From: Escherichia phage MN01
Length of the DNA: 64,000 bases
Strand: one strand, 5' to 3'
Sequence record: MT129652.1
The stretch's first letter is position 1, and each line of letters opens with the position of its first letter. The notes beneath the pieces were generated by a model. That model made no database searches. It was not told the DNA's origin and saw nothing but the letters and a program-made list of their open reading frames with translations. Both the position numbers and the translations under genes were made by a program. Shown piece by piece: positions 8,999 to 17,744 of this stretch.

Positions 8999-9358
8999 AT
9001 GGTAAGAGTTATCACTTTAGCCATAGGGTTAGTATTCAGCATGGGAGGAATAGCTTCAGTACAGAGCGACGACAACAACAGCATCATAGAATATGCAACG
9101 AGGACGGCTAAAGATTATTGCGCAGCAAGCAATGTGGATTGTGTAATCCAGTTCAGCGCCAAGCTCACCGCAGCCTATAAAGACGGCCAAAATGATGTTG
9201 AACACACGCTTTTGAAAAAGAATGTATTGTCCAACAAATATGAAAAGAAATTATTTGAAATGGATTGCATTCTGTCAAGTGCAAAATATAAGGCGGCCTG
9301 CACCAGTATGGTGGACAGGTTAGTGGATTCATATAATAGAGGATTGAACTCTAAATGA
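8999..9358 (+). CDS. Secreted hypothetical protein
   Basis: 119 aa; signal-peptide-like N-terminus MVRVITLAIGLVFSMGGIASVQS; several Cys. Confidence 0.5.
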   Translation: MVRVITLAIGLVFSMGGIASVQSDDNNSIIEYATRTAKDYCAASNVDCVIQFSAKLTAAYKDGQNDVEHTLLKKNVLSNKYEKKLFEMDCILSSAKYKAACTSMVDRLVDSYNRGLNSK

Positions 9359-9828
9359 TTACCCAGTATATTAAGGGCGATATCGTCGCCCTCTTTCTTC
9401 AAGGCAATATTATTGCACATGGTTGCAACTGCTTCCACACAATGGGTTCTGGCGTAGCTGGACAGTTGGCGAAGGCTTATCCAAAAGTTTTAGAAATAGA
9501 TAAAACCACTACTGAATACGGTTCCAGAGAAAAACTCGGTGATATGTCTATTGTTTTTAAACATAAACCTATTGGGTTTGGTATGTGCTATAATTTGTAC
9601 ACCCAATATGAACCGGGCCCTAATCTTGATTATGGTGCTTTAGTAAATTGTATGATAGAATTAAATCTACAGGCAGAAACCCTTTTGTTTAAACCTGTAA
9701 TTTATATTCCTCGTATTGGTTGTGGTATTGCCGGTGGGGATTGGGAAAAGGTCTCTGTATTAATTGACATGTTTACTCCTGACATTGATTTAATAGTGGT
9801 GGATTATGAGCCAAGCTCGAATTCTTAA
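9355..9828 (+). CDS. Macro-domain (ADP-ribose binding/processing) protein
   Basis: Motifs AHGCNCFHTMGSGVAGQLAKAYP and IPRIGCGIAGGDW match the OARD1/TARG1-type macro-domain signature. Confidence 0.65.
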   Translation: MITQYIKGDIVALFLQGNIIAHGCNCFHTMGSGVAGQLAKAYPKVLEIDKTTTEYGSREKLGDMSIVFKHKPIGFGMCYNLYTQYEPGPNLDYGALVNCMIELNLQAETLLFKPVIYIPRIGCGIAGGDWEKVSVLIDMFTPDIDLIVVDYEPSSNS

Positions 9829-10012
9829 AACGGCCAAATGTGAAAAATGCGAATGGCCAGTAATCGCAGCTTTATGCAACGATGAAATGAATTGCGAATA
9901 TGATTACTGGTGGTACTGTTCTAATAAAGGATGTTCTAATCATAAGGGTGAAGGTTTTCATTCTGGTTATTGCGAACATCCTAAATTTGTGCGATATGGT
10001 GAACCGAAATGA
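9806..10012 (+). CDS. Hypothetical Cys-rich small protein
   Basis: 68 aa; CEKCEW...C...CEYDYWWYCSNKGCSNHKGEGFHSGYCEH suggests metal binding. Confidence 0.4.
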   Translation: MSQARILKTAKCEKCEWPVIAALCNDEMNCEYDYWWYCSNKGCSNHKGEGFHSGYCEHPKFVRYGEPK

Positions 10013-10194
10013 GTTTAAGTATTAGTCAGAAAAGTAGATTATTTGAGCTTATTCATGAGCTTTTGGATGAGCATGCAGAAGCAAACGCTTTTTACGATGA
10101 ATATGGCCCGATAGATGCCGAACATCAGGAAGAATTTGCTAATCGATTTGATGAGAAAGAAAACGAATTAATAGCTTATGTGAATACACTTTAA
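10009..10194 (+). CDS. Hypothetical acidic small protein
   Basis: 61 aa; ATGA overlap with upstream gene. Confidence 0.4.
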   Translation: MSLSISQKSRLFELIHELLDEHAEANAFYDEYGPIDAEHQEEFANRFDEKENELIAYVNTL

Positions 10195-10203
10195 GAAGGT
10201 GAT

Positions 10204-10776
10204 ATGGCGAGTTTAATTTATCATTACGCAGCAATGAATGCAGGCAAAACAGCTTCATTGCTGACTGCAGCTTATTCCTATAAAGAGCGTGGAATGAGTG
10301 TGCTTTTGCTAAAACCTGTTATTGATAATCGGGACTCGGAATCTGAAATTAAATCACGCATCGGTATTAGCCAGGAAGCAAACCTGGTAACGGCCGACAT
10401 GAACCTGTTTGAATTCTATAAATGGGCCGAGTCTCAAAAGGATATCCATTGTGTCCTGGTCGATGAAGCTCAATTTTTGTTACCAGAGCAAATTGACCAG
10501 TTAGCTCAAGTGGTTGATAATTACAATATCCCCGTTATGTGTTACGGGCTAAGAACAGATTTTCGGGGCCAATTATTTCCCGGTTCGGCCAGACTTCTGG
10601 CTATTTCAGATAAACTGGTTGAATTAAAAGGCGTCTGTCATTGCGGCCGGAAAGCAACCATGACCGCTCGAGTAATCGACGGTGCTGCTGTAAAGGACGG
10701 CGAGCAAGTATTGGTCGGTGGGAATGAATCGTACGTATCTTTATGCAGAAAACATTGGCTCGAATTAACAAGCTGA
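10204..10776 (+). CDS. tk: Thymidine kinase
   Basis: MASLIYHYAAMNAGKTASLL...KERGMSVLLLKP with P-loop and C-terminal CxxC...CRKH zinc site; 190 aa; matches T4 Tk. Confidence 0.92.
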   Translation: MASLIYHYAAMNAGKTASLLTAAYSYKERGMSVLLLKPVIDNRDSESEIKSRIGISQEANLVTADMNLFEFYKWAESQKDIHCVLVDEAQFLLPEQIDQLAQVVDNYNIPVMCYGLRTDFRGQLFPGSARLLAISDKLVELKGVCHCGRKATMTARVIDGAAVKDGEQVLVGGNESYVSLCRKHWLELTS

Positions 10777-10783
10777 GGTTCGC

Positions 10784-11059
10784 ATGGTATACAAGGTTTG
10801 GACGTATATCTCTATTTTGATATTTCTGGTTCTGGTTTTTGTTCCTATGCAACAGGACCAGGAAAGGTATGAGCGCGAAGTCGAAATCGTGGCAAGTACC
10901 TATCACTCGTTCAATAAAGAGTGTCCTAATAAAAATGGAATAAGCCTGCAACAAGCATACTATTTGTCAACGGTCACCAGTCCAAAACAACGGGTCTGGG
11001 TCGAACGTAATTTTGCAAGTTTATTTTCAGAGTACTGCTTTAATTTTAAACGTTTATAA
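10784..11059 (+). CDS. Hypothetical membrane protein
   Basis: 91 aa; N-terminal hydrophobic helix ISILIFLVLVFVP; late-promoter-like TATAAATA at 11055-11062 at its 3-prime end. Confidence 0.45.
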   Translation: MVYKVWTYISILIFLVLVFVPMQQDQERYEREVEIVASTYHSFNKECPNKNGISLQQAYYLSTVTSPKQRVWVERNFASLFSEYCFNFKRL

Positions 11060-11131
11060 ATACAGTTGCTAACTAGTATTCCGCTATGTTAAGGCTGCAA
11101 AGCGTAATCATGACCAACAATAGGAGTCCTT

Positions 11132-11425
11132 ATGGACCTTATTCGAGGACTTTCATTAAGTCTAATAATCCTGGGCTGTTTAGGTCCAAATCTGTCCTCT
11201 GCAGCAGAGGGGAAGTTTACCCAATATGCAGATAGTGCGATGAAGATTTATTCGCAATTCAAAGAACCAAGCGTACATCAATCCGAACAGTTCTGGGCAT
11301 TTATCAAGACTGAATGGAACAACAAAAGCCAATGCGAAACCGAAATCACCTGCAAAAGCGATGGTAAAGCTGCGGCGAGAGAGTATGCTAAATTAATGAA
11401 GGTAAAATTGGAAGATGAAATTTGA
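11132..11425 (+). CDS. Secreted hypothetical protein
   Basis: 97 aa; signal-peptide-like LSLSLIILGCLGPNLSSAAEG. Confidence 0.5.
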   Translation: MDLIRGLSLSLIILGCLGPNLSSAAEGKFTQYADSAMKIYSQFKEPSVHQSEQFWAFIKTEWNNKSQCETEITCKSDGKAAAREYAKLMKVKLEDEI

Positions 11426-11798
11426 TGATTTCGTAACGGGTCGTGGGTCTGAGGTGGATTCATACATTGGGTGGTTGTTAGTCTCTTTGGCTTATTTTAA
11501 GTCTGCCCATCTTGAAACCAAAAGTTACGCCCGCCATAAAGCTTATGATTTCTACTTCACAGAAATCCAAGGTCCACTCGACCAGTTCAGTGAGCAATGG
11601 TTAGGTTACAGCGGGAAACAATACAAAGCTGCATTACCGTCCGCCTCGGACTTGCCGAAAGATACAATTTTGTTTTTAGATGAAATGATTAAAAGCTCGG
11701 AAAGAGTCTATAAAGTTGTACCCAAGGCTATTCAATCGACTCTGGACGATATCGTTGGAGTTTTCTTTCAGACTAAGTATCTGTTAACACTAGAGTAA
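11415..11798 (+). CDS. Hypothetical protein
   Basis: 127 aa; followed by an intrinsic terminator. Confidence 0.5.
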   Translation: MKFDDFVTGRGSEVDSYIGWLLVSLAYFKSAHLETKSYARHKAYDFYFTEIQGPLDQFSEQWLGYSGKQYKAALPSASDLPKDTILFLDEMIKSSERVYKVVPKAIQSTLDDIVGVFFQTKYLLTLE

Positions 11799-11803
11799 TT
11801 CAA

Positions 11804-11832
11804 AAGGTCTGCCTTCGGGTGGACCTTTTTTC
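11804..11832 (+). terminator. Rho-independent terminator
   Basis: AGGTCTGCCTTCGGGTGGACCT hairpin (UUCG loop) followed by TTTTTT. Confidence 0.6.
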
Positions 11833-11899
11833 ATTTAGGGGGTTTACATCCTCATAAAAAGGGTGTACTATTATCCCATCAACTACTGAGGAGAACACA

Positions 11900-12103
11900 A
11901 TGAGAATTAAAAATATTAAGATTGATGCAGTTAATACTGGTGATGAGGTTGTTATCTATCTTAATGATTATGCAATCTTTATGGACAGTGCCACTGATGA
12001 AGAAGTGGTTGAACTCTTACAGAAAGCTCCATTTGAACTGTGTGAAGAAGATGCTACTCATCTTTCATCAGCAATTTTCTCATTATCATATGTGGTGGAA
12101 TAA
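11900..12103 (+). CDS. Hypothetical protein
   Basis: 67 aa; promoter-leader cassette (ATCCCATCAACTACTGAGGAG) immediately upstream. Confidence 0.5.
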   Translation: MRIKNIKIDAVNTGDEVVIYLNDYAIFMDSATDEEVVELLQKAPFELCEEDATHLSSAIFSLSYVVE

Positions 12104-12339
12104 TGAAACTTACAAATACCATGGTTTCATTGGAATATGAAACCAATAATCATATTCTTGAAATTAAGATATTTGATGACGGAAGCATATTTGCTGATTA
12201 CCGCGGATATAGAATTCGTCTGGAAAAGGACGAGCTCAAAGAGCCATGGCTCCTTAAAGACACTTTAAAGGGTTGTGGGTGTAAGCTGAAGACCACTCAA
12301 GCCCAAGAATTAATTTCTACCATCAAAAAATACTGGTGA
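12103..12339 (+). CDS. Hypothetical protein
   Basis: 78 aa; TAATG overlap with upstream gene. Confidence 0.5.
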   Translation: MKLTNTMVSLEYETNNHILEIKIFDDGSIFADYRGYRIRLEKDELKEPWLLKDTLKGCGCKLKTTQAQELISTIKKYW

Positions 12340-12343
12340 TATT

Positions 12344-12526
12344 ATGTTAACTACTGAACAGATTGAACAAATCCTTAAACTTGCTACTGCTATTGAACGC
12401 GATTCTTATGATAGTGCAGTAGAACATTGTGAAGGCTATTCATATTCCGGAATAGAGCAGTGTAAACGAGATTTAGCGAATTCTAAAGCAGCATTGGTTG
12501 AGTATCTGAATGAGTTGAAAGAATAA
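12344..12526 (+). CDS. Hypothetical protein
   Basis: 60 aa ORF; compact spacing. Confidence 0.45.
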   Translation: MLTTEQIEQILKLATAIERDSYDSAVEHCEGYSYSGIEQCKRDLANSKAALVEYLNELKE

Positions 12527-12783
12527 TGGCTGTTGGATTTGCAAAAGATGGTGCTGAACAGTTAGAGATGGAAGCGGTTGTACAAGCCGCTATCATCCAT
12601 GCGAGAGCACAGGTTACAGTTGAAAGGGAGTCTGCTGAATTCTGCTTTGACTGCGACGAAAAAATTCCTGAAGCGCGGAGACAAGCGATTAAAGGTGTGA
12701 TATATTGTGTTGGTTGTCAATCAATGCATGATGAAATTTTTAAACGTGAGCCACGTAACTGCTGGCATAGGAGCATGAGATGA
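12526..12783 (+). CDS. TraR/DksA-family C4 zinc-finger protein
   Basis: CFDCDEKIPEARRQAIKGVIYCVGCQ: CxxC-x17-CxxC spacing and IPE-ARR motif typical of TraR/DksA. Confidence 0.6.
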   Translation: MAVGFAKDGAEQLEMEAVVQAAIIHARAQVTVERESAEFCFDCDEKIPEARRQAIKGVIYCVGCQSMHDEIFKREPRNCWHRSMR

Positions 12784-12874
12784 TTTACTATCTTGAACCT
12801 TGGGCTTGGCTTACAATGCTTATTGGTCCAGTTTTAATAGGTTTATTCTTTTCATGGTTAGCGAGGAAACTGTA

Positions 12875-13072
12875 ATGTTATACGACCCAAGTGGTAATTC
12901 TGAAGACGGTATTATTGTCCTTTTGGCAGATGTTGAAGAGTCTGACGATGACATTTTTGTTAAAGATTGGGAAGAAAAAGGCGGAATAACAATCCAGCAA
13001 GAAAATGATATGATTTGTCTGAATGCGAGCCAAGTCGAAGAACTGTACAGTATTTTAAAACACAACCGTTGA
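12875..13072 (+). CDS. Hypothetical acidic protein
   Basis: Internal ATG at 12875 after GAGGAAA SD; 65 aa. Confidence 0.4.
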   Translation: MLYDPSGNSEDGIIVLLADVEESDDDIFVKDWEEKGGITIQQENDMICLNASQVEELYSILKHNR

Positions 13073-13082
13073 GGAACAGAAA

Positions 13083-13643
13083 ATGATTATTGAAACAACT
13101 GAATTGTTTGGCGAACTGACCGCTGAAGTAGTTAATAATGCAATTGAGCTTTGTCAAGAAGACGATAAAATCGTACTGACTATCCAAGATATTAAACCAC
13201 TTTATGATTTAAAGGTTTTGGATAAAGATGAATATCTTAGCGGTAGTTTTAGTGGTGTATTTGATATTAACGATGATGTATGTGCTCGCATTTATAAGAA
13301 CGATGGCGGGTTTAATATTGAAACAGATGAAAAATGCCTGAGCATTAGTAATTCTGATAAATTCTTTAAATGTATTTTCAAACTGTTCCAGGAAGAATGC
13401 AAGCCAGAAGTCGAATGGAAAGTCCCTGGACAAGATGCACTGATTCGCTCTAGTGAAACCTTTGACGGTGACGAAGAGGAATTGAATTATAATACCGAAC
13501 TGACTGTTGTTCAACATGACGGTCGTGACCAACTATGTATTACCCAAGTACACGATGGTTTTAATGAAGTGGTATTTACTAAAGACGAGCTAAAAGTTTT
13601 AGTCTCTTATCTGAACTCTGTTATCCCAACTATGAACTCTTAA
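13083..13643 (+). CDS. Hypothetical acidic protein
   Basis: 186 aa ORF. Confidence 0.55.
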   Translation: MIIETTELFGELTAEVVNNAIELCQEDDKIVLTIQDIKPLYDLKVLDKDEYLSGSFSGVFDINDDVCARIYKNDGGFNIETDEKCLSISNSDKFFKCIFKLFQEECKPEVEWKVPGQDALIRSSETFDGDEEELNYNTELTVVQHDGRDQLCITQVHDGFNEVVFTKDELKVLVSYLNSVIPTMNS

Positions 13644-13653
13644 GGAAAATATT

Positions 13654-14106
13654 ATGATTATCAATTCAAACTCTTGGCACGTTAAATTACACGACCGTTT
13701 TTATGACCGTCATTCTCGACCACACTCTTTGTGTGCTTATTTCTGGAAAATGATTTGGGCTTGTTTTGCTTGTGCTATTGTTGCAGGTAGTACGCTTTTT
13801 GGATTAACTGTTGCAGGCGCTGGTGTATTAGAACATTTCTTTGTATTAAGTACTCCTGTTCTGTTGAGTCTAGGGTTTGTTTTAGGGTTGGCTGCAATAG
13901 CTCTTATTATTGCGCTATCCATTGGTTTGGCATTAGGTGCGATGAATTTACACGCATGGTATGATGCACGTATAGAAGAAAAGGAATGGCAACGTATTCA
14001 AGCTGAGCGGGAAGGCCGAGAAATTAAAGAAAATATCGTTATTCAATACATTAAAGCTCGTAAATCTAAGATGTGCCCGGTAATCCATTTTGAGGCGAAG
14101 AAATGA
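13654..14106 (+). CDS. Hypothetical membrane protein
   Basis: 150 aa; two or three hydrophobic helices (MIWACFACAIVAGSTLFGLTVAGAG; VLLSLGFVLGLAAIALIIALSIGLALG). Confidence 0.5.
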   Translation: MIINSNSWHVKLHDRFYDRHSRPHSLCAYFWKMIWACFACAIVAGSTLFGLTVAGAGVLEHFFVLSTPVLLSLGFVLGLAAIALIIALSIGLALGAMNLHAWYDARIEEKEWQRIQAEREGREIKENIVIQYIKARKSKMCPVIHFEAKK

Positions 14107-15113
14107 GAACAGTTATGAAAGGCTACTTCGGTAGCCATCTTTATGGGACAAGTACTCCGGAATCTGATGTCGATTTTAAAGAAATCTTTGTTCCTCATCC
14201 GCGAGATATCCTGCTCGGAACCGCGATGAACCATACCAACCTGAACACAAATAACACGGCTACCAAAAATACAAAAGATGATGTTGACCATGAACTTTAT
14301 AGCCTGAAATATTTCTTTAAACTGGCAGCCGAAGGTGAAACCGTTGCCCTGGATATGATTCACACACCGGCTGACCTGGTAGTCAAATCCGATTTACCAG
14401 ATGTATGGAAGTTTATTCAAGACAACCGTTCGCGGTTCTATACAACTAACATGAAAGCCTATTTGGGGTATGTCCGTAAGCAAGCTTCCAAATATGGTGT
14501 TAAAGGTTCTCGATTGGCTGCACTGCGTGGTGTACTGGCAATCGTTAACCAGATTCCTGAACAGTGGGTCGACTATCAAGAAGGAATCCCTGATAAACTT
14601 CGTCGTACTAAGGTAGAAGATATCAAACATCGACTTCCTGAAAACGAGTTCTGTGAATGGGTATTCCATAACCATGAGAAAACAGGTCCTCAAACGTTCT
14701 ATACTGTCCTCGGACGTAAGTACCAAACTACTCTGTCATTGGTCGAGCTTAAGCAATCTCTGAATAAACTTGATGCCGAATATGGCGAACGTGCTCGTAA
14801 GGCTGAAGCTAATGAAGGTATTGACTGGAAAGCACTGAGCCATGCATATCGTGCAGGGTATCAATTGATGGAAATCTACCAAACAGGTGACTTGGTATTC
14901 CCATTGCGTGAAGCCTCTATCATTAAGCTGATTAAAGCTGGTGAATTACCATTTAAAGAAGTTCAAGAACTTCTTGAAGATACTGTCGATTTAGTTGAAG
15001 TTCTGGCCATCCAGGCTGCTAAGAATGGTATGCCTGCGAAGGTGGACATGAAGTTCTGGGACAAGTTTGTTGAAGAGGTATACCTTGACAACCACAATTC
15101 CTATTATCGTTAA
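14103..15113 (+). CDS. Pol-beta-superfamily nucleotidyltransferase-fold protein
   Basis: GS-x10-DxD motif (GSHLYGTSTPESDVDF) and downstream acidic VALDMIH; 336 aa with helical C-terminal domain. Confidence 0.6.
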   Translation: MRTVMKGYFGSHLYGTSTPESDVDFKEIFVPHPRDILLGTAMNHTNLNTNNTATKNTKDDVDHELYSLKYFFKLAAEGETVALDMIHTPADLVVKSDLPDVWKFIQDNRSRFYTTNMKAYLGYVRKQASKYGVKGSRLAALRGVLAIVNQIPEQWVDYQEGIPDKLRRTKVEDIKHRLPENEFCEWVFHNHEKTGPQTFYTVLGRKYQTTLSLVELKQSLNKLDAEYGERARKAEANEGIDWKALSHAYRAGYQLMEIYQTGDLVFPLREASIIKLIKAGELPFKEVQELLEDTVDLVEVLAIQAAKNGMPAKVDMKFWDKFVEEVYLDNHNSYYR

Positions 15114-15309
15114 CAAAGAAATCAAGGTCTTCTTATCATACGGAAGACCTCATAAAGGCCGCCGATGGTATCTCGAAGCAGTCTGTCGAGAAACTGGTCG
15201 TCGAATCAATATCAAGTACACATGCAAACCAACACCCAAGCAAACTCGCAGGTTTGCTAATTGGGCTATCAATAATATCAGATTCCATAATTTTTGGAGT
15301 GCAATCTAA
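15067..15309 (+). CDS. Hypothetical basic protein (uncertain)
   Basis: 80 aa ORF overlapping the previous gene by 47 nt; no alternative in-frame ATG; ends just before a terminator. Confidence 0.3.
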   Translation: MLKRYTLTTTIPIIVNKEIKVFLSYGRPHKGRRWYLEAVCRETGRRINIKYTCKPTPKQTRRFANWAINNIRFHNFWSAI

Positions 15310-15332
15310 GGACCCTTCGGGGTCCTTTTTTA
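15309..15332 (+). terminator. Rho-independent terminator
   Basis: GGACCCTTCGGGGTCC hairpin followed by TTTTTT. Confidence 0.65.
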
Positions 15333-15393
15333 TTTTAAAGGTGTACAAACTTGTCTCTGTTGATGCATAATGAATTTTTACTAAGGAGCCATT

Positions 15394-15570
15394 ATGAATC
15401 ATATGAGACCTCGCGTATCCAAACAAACGCGAGAAGAAGCGATTGAACATTTTAAACGCCATCATGGAAGTCAATCATGCGAGGTGATTGTTGGTATCGA
15501 CATAGAAAAGATGAAGGAAACTGCCAAGCACTACCAGGGCAGGATTGATATTAAAAATTATATAAAGTAG
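15394..15570 (+). CDS. Hypothetical small protein (58 aa)
   Basis: ATG at 15394 with AAGGAG SD 7 nt upstream; below the ORF-track size cut-off. Confidence 0.4.
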   Translation: MNHMRPRVSKQTREEAIEHFKRHHGSQSCEVIVGIDIEKMKETAKHYQGRIDIKNYIK

Positions 15571-15639
15571 TGTACATCAGTATGGGGATAGACGTATAAT
15601 GTTCCCATACTGAGTTACCAAATAAAAACGGAGAATAAA
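15567..15639 (+). promoter_or_regulatory. Promoter-leader cassette, family A (GTGTACA...TATAAT in hairpin loop...CATACTGAGTTACCAAATA)
   Basis: Near-identical copy at 16154-16223; AGTATGGG/CCCATACT inverted repeat brackets the -10 TATAAT. Confidence 0.5.
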
Positions 15640-15846
15640 ATGTTAGAATTAATCAAAGCTGCTGGTGAAAAAGGTCTGATGGTTAACACTCGTGACCCTG
15701 AACAACGTCAAGCATTTGGTGAGTTAAAAGCTAAAGGTCTGGTTAAAGCATCCCTTGGTATTGGTAATGCTTTGCGTGTGACTTTGACCCCTGCTGGTAA
15801 AGCAATGTTCTTCCCTAAACCATTACCAAAACGTCGTCGCAAGTGA
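15640..15846 (+). CDS. Hypothetical small basic protein
   Basis: 68 aa; C-terminal PKPLPKRRRK. Confidence 0.5.
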   Translation: MLELIKAAGEKGLMVNTRDPEQRQAFGELKAKGLVKASLGIGNALRVTLTPAGKAMFFPKPLPKRRRK

Positions 15847-15852
15847 GGAATT

Positions 15853-16155
15853 ATGAAAAAGTATGAACTTGACATGATTGACGCATGTCTGAAATCTGCT
15901 GACCATTTTAAGTTGAAAATGCACAAGTTAAGAGGAATGGTCAAAACTCCAGAAGAGAAGAAGCGTTATGCTCTGAAGGAGAAATGTAAAGCTCTTATCA
16001 TGATGGATAAGATGCAAATGGTCGCCGCAGAAGCTCACAGAACACGTAAAGCTGAGGCCCTTGGTGTTTATATGGCGGAGCAGCTCCATCGCGCCCAGCA
16101 AGCCGTTAAGAGCGTCTGGTTCAGCGGTGAAAATACTGAAAGAACTTTTAATTAA
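15853..16155 (+). CDS. Hypothetical protein
   Basis: 100 aa; bracketed by the two family-A cassettes. Confidence 0.5.
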   Translation: MKKYELDMIDACLKSADHFKLKMHKLRGMVKTPEEKKRYALKEKCKALIMMDKMQMVAAEAHRTRKAEALGVYMAEQLHRAQQAVKSVWFSGENTERTFN

Positions 16156-16223
16156 ATGTGTACATAGTATGGGGATAGACGTATAATGTTCCCATACTGA
16201 GTTACCAAATACTGGAGAATAAA
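16154..16223 (+). promoter_or_regulatory. Promoter-leader cassette, family A (second copy)
   Basis: GTGTACATAGTATGGGGATAGACGTATAATGTTCCCATACTGAGTTACCAAATA; differs from the 15567 copy at only a few positions. Confidence 0.5.
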
Positions 16224-16748
16224 ATGGAAGCCAAATCAATCTTTAATCTGATTAATTACAATAATGGTAATTTTAAATCAGAAGCACAAAGCAAGTTCTT
16301 TAATGATGTTGCTTGTGCAGGTGAGATTACAGTATCAGGTGGCCAAACTTATAAAAACGCCTGGAACTGGATTGTGACTGTTGATTCAGTTGGTATTGTT
16401 GATGTGTATAAAAACACCAATAAAAACCGCTCTTTGTTCTGGTCAAGAGAGACTAATGCTGAGTATCAGGCAACAAGAGCAAAGAAAAATATGCCTACTG
16501 AATCTGATGTACAAAACATCAAATCAGATATCCAGTATTATGATGGTCTGATTGCTGAACAACAAGCGGTGCTTGATAAGTTCAATGAAATCAAAGCATG
16601 CAAAGAAATTCCTGAATTCATGCGGGAATCAGTTAATGAACAATACAATCTCACTTCAGAGCGTATTGAAACCTATACCAAACAAAGAGCAGAGCGCCAG
16701 GTACTCCTTCAGAAGTTTGAAGAGCGTTTAAAGACGGTTCTCGCATAA
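16224..16748 (+). CDS. Hypothetical protein
   Basis: 174 aa ORF. Confidence 0.55.
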   Translation: MEAKSIFNLINYNNGNFKSEAQSKFFNDVACAGEITVSGGQTYKNAWNWIVTVDSVGIVDVYKNTNKNRSLFWSRETNAEYQATRAKKNMPTESDVQNIKSDIQYYDGLIAEQQAVLDKFNEIKACKEIPEFMRESVNEQYNLTSERIETYTKQRAERQVLLQKFEERLKTVLA

Positions 16749-16811
16749 ACGCTTTATACCAAGGATGGTATAATGGTTCTGACCTTTGATTAATCTATTG
16801 AGGAAATTATT

Positions 16812-17660
16812 ATGTCACAAGCAATTAATGAAATTCGTTCTGAAGTTAAAAAAGCTATTAAATTTGGTCGTATTCCAAGCACCAAAGATGTGGTTTTAAA
16901 TGTTCTATATATGATGTGGAATAAGTTCAATGTTTGTACTAATTCCGCTGAATTCACTAAAATCTTTGAAAAGACCACTGGCCTTCTTACATTAGAAGAC
17001 CGAGTCATGAAAACTCTTCATCGTTCAGGTATGTTGTCTCGTGCTAATGCCAAAATTTTACTTAAAAATTATAACAAAGGCTATGACCTTTATGGTCGTG
17101 CGATTAGCACCATGACGTTTGATGAAGTGGTTAAAGACCTTTGGAAAAACCAGCGTCGTTTACTGGCATTAGGTGCTCGTTTAGCAAGCGGTCAAGATAA
17201 ACAAATGACCTTTAAAACCAATAATTCTTTAGATTATAAACTATTTAATGTTATTAAAGGTCAAAAAGAAGGCGAATACAGTATTTCTTCTTTTAGTGGC
17301 TGCCAATATGATAATTGGAAGTTCCATCTTCGTTTAGCATTGTCTGAACTGGAATGCCAGGGTGTTCTTACCTTTTATGATGTTCAAACTGGAGGTGTCC
17401 AGCGTATTAAATTATGTCAAATTAAAGACCAAGTTGAAGTCGAGAGCCCCATTGAACAAGCTCCTAAAATGGAACCTGTTCCAGTGCGAAGCAATGAAAA
17501 ATATTCAGAGCAAATTGAGCTTTTCACTAAACAGATTGAAGAGCTTAATATCACCATCCAGCAACAAGATGATGAAATTTTCCGTCTGGCGGGACTGAAT
17601 AACGCGGCGAAAGCCGAACGTCAGAAACTGATGAACGTTATTGAATTGCTTAAGGATTAA
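16812..17660 (+). CDS. Hypothetical protein with C-terminal coiled coil
   Basis: 282 aa; heptad-like C-terminus EQIELFTKQIEELNITIQQQDDEIFRLAG... Confidence 0.55.
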   Translation: MSQAINEIRSEVKKAIKFGRIPSTKDVVLNVLYMMWNKFNVCTNSAEFTKIFEKTTGLLTLEDRVMKTLHRSGMLSRANAKILLKNYNKGYDLYGRAISTMTFDEVVKDLWKNQRRLLALGARLASGQDKQMTFKTNNSLDYKLFNVIKGQKEGEYSISSFSGCQYDNWKFHLRLALSELECQGVLTFYDVQTGGVQRIKLCQIKDQVEVESPIEQAPKMEPVPVRSNEKYSEQIELFTKQIEELNITIQQQDDEIFRLAGLNNAAKAERQKLMNVIELLKD

Positions 17661-17744
17661 TAATGGAATGGCTTGCTGTTCTTGGTTATGTAATCGTCGC
17701 CACAGGTATTCTGTGGCTTATATTCTCAAATATTGTAGGTTAAT

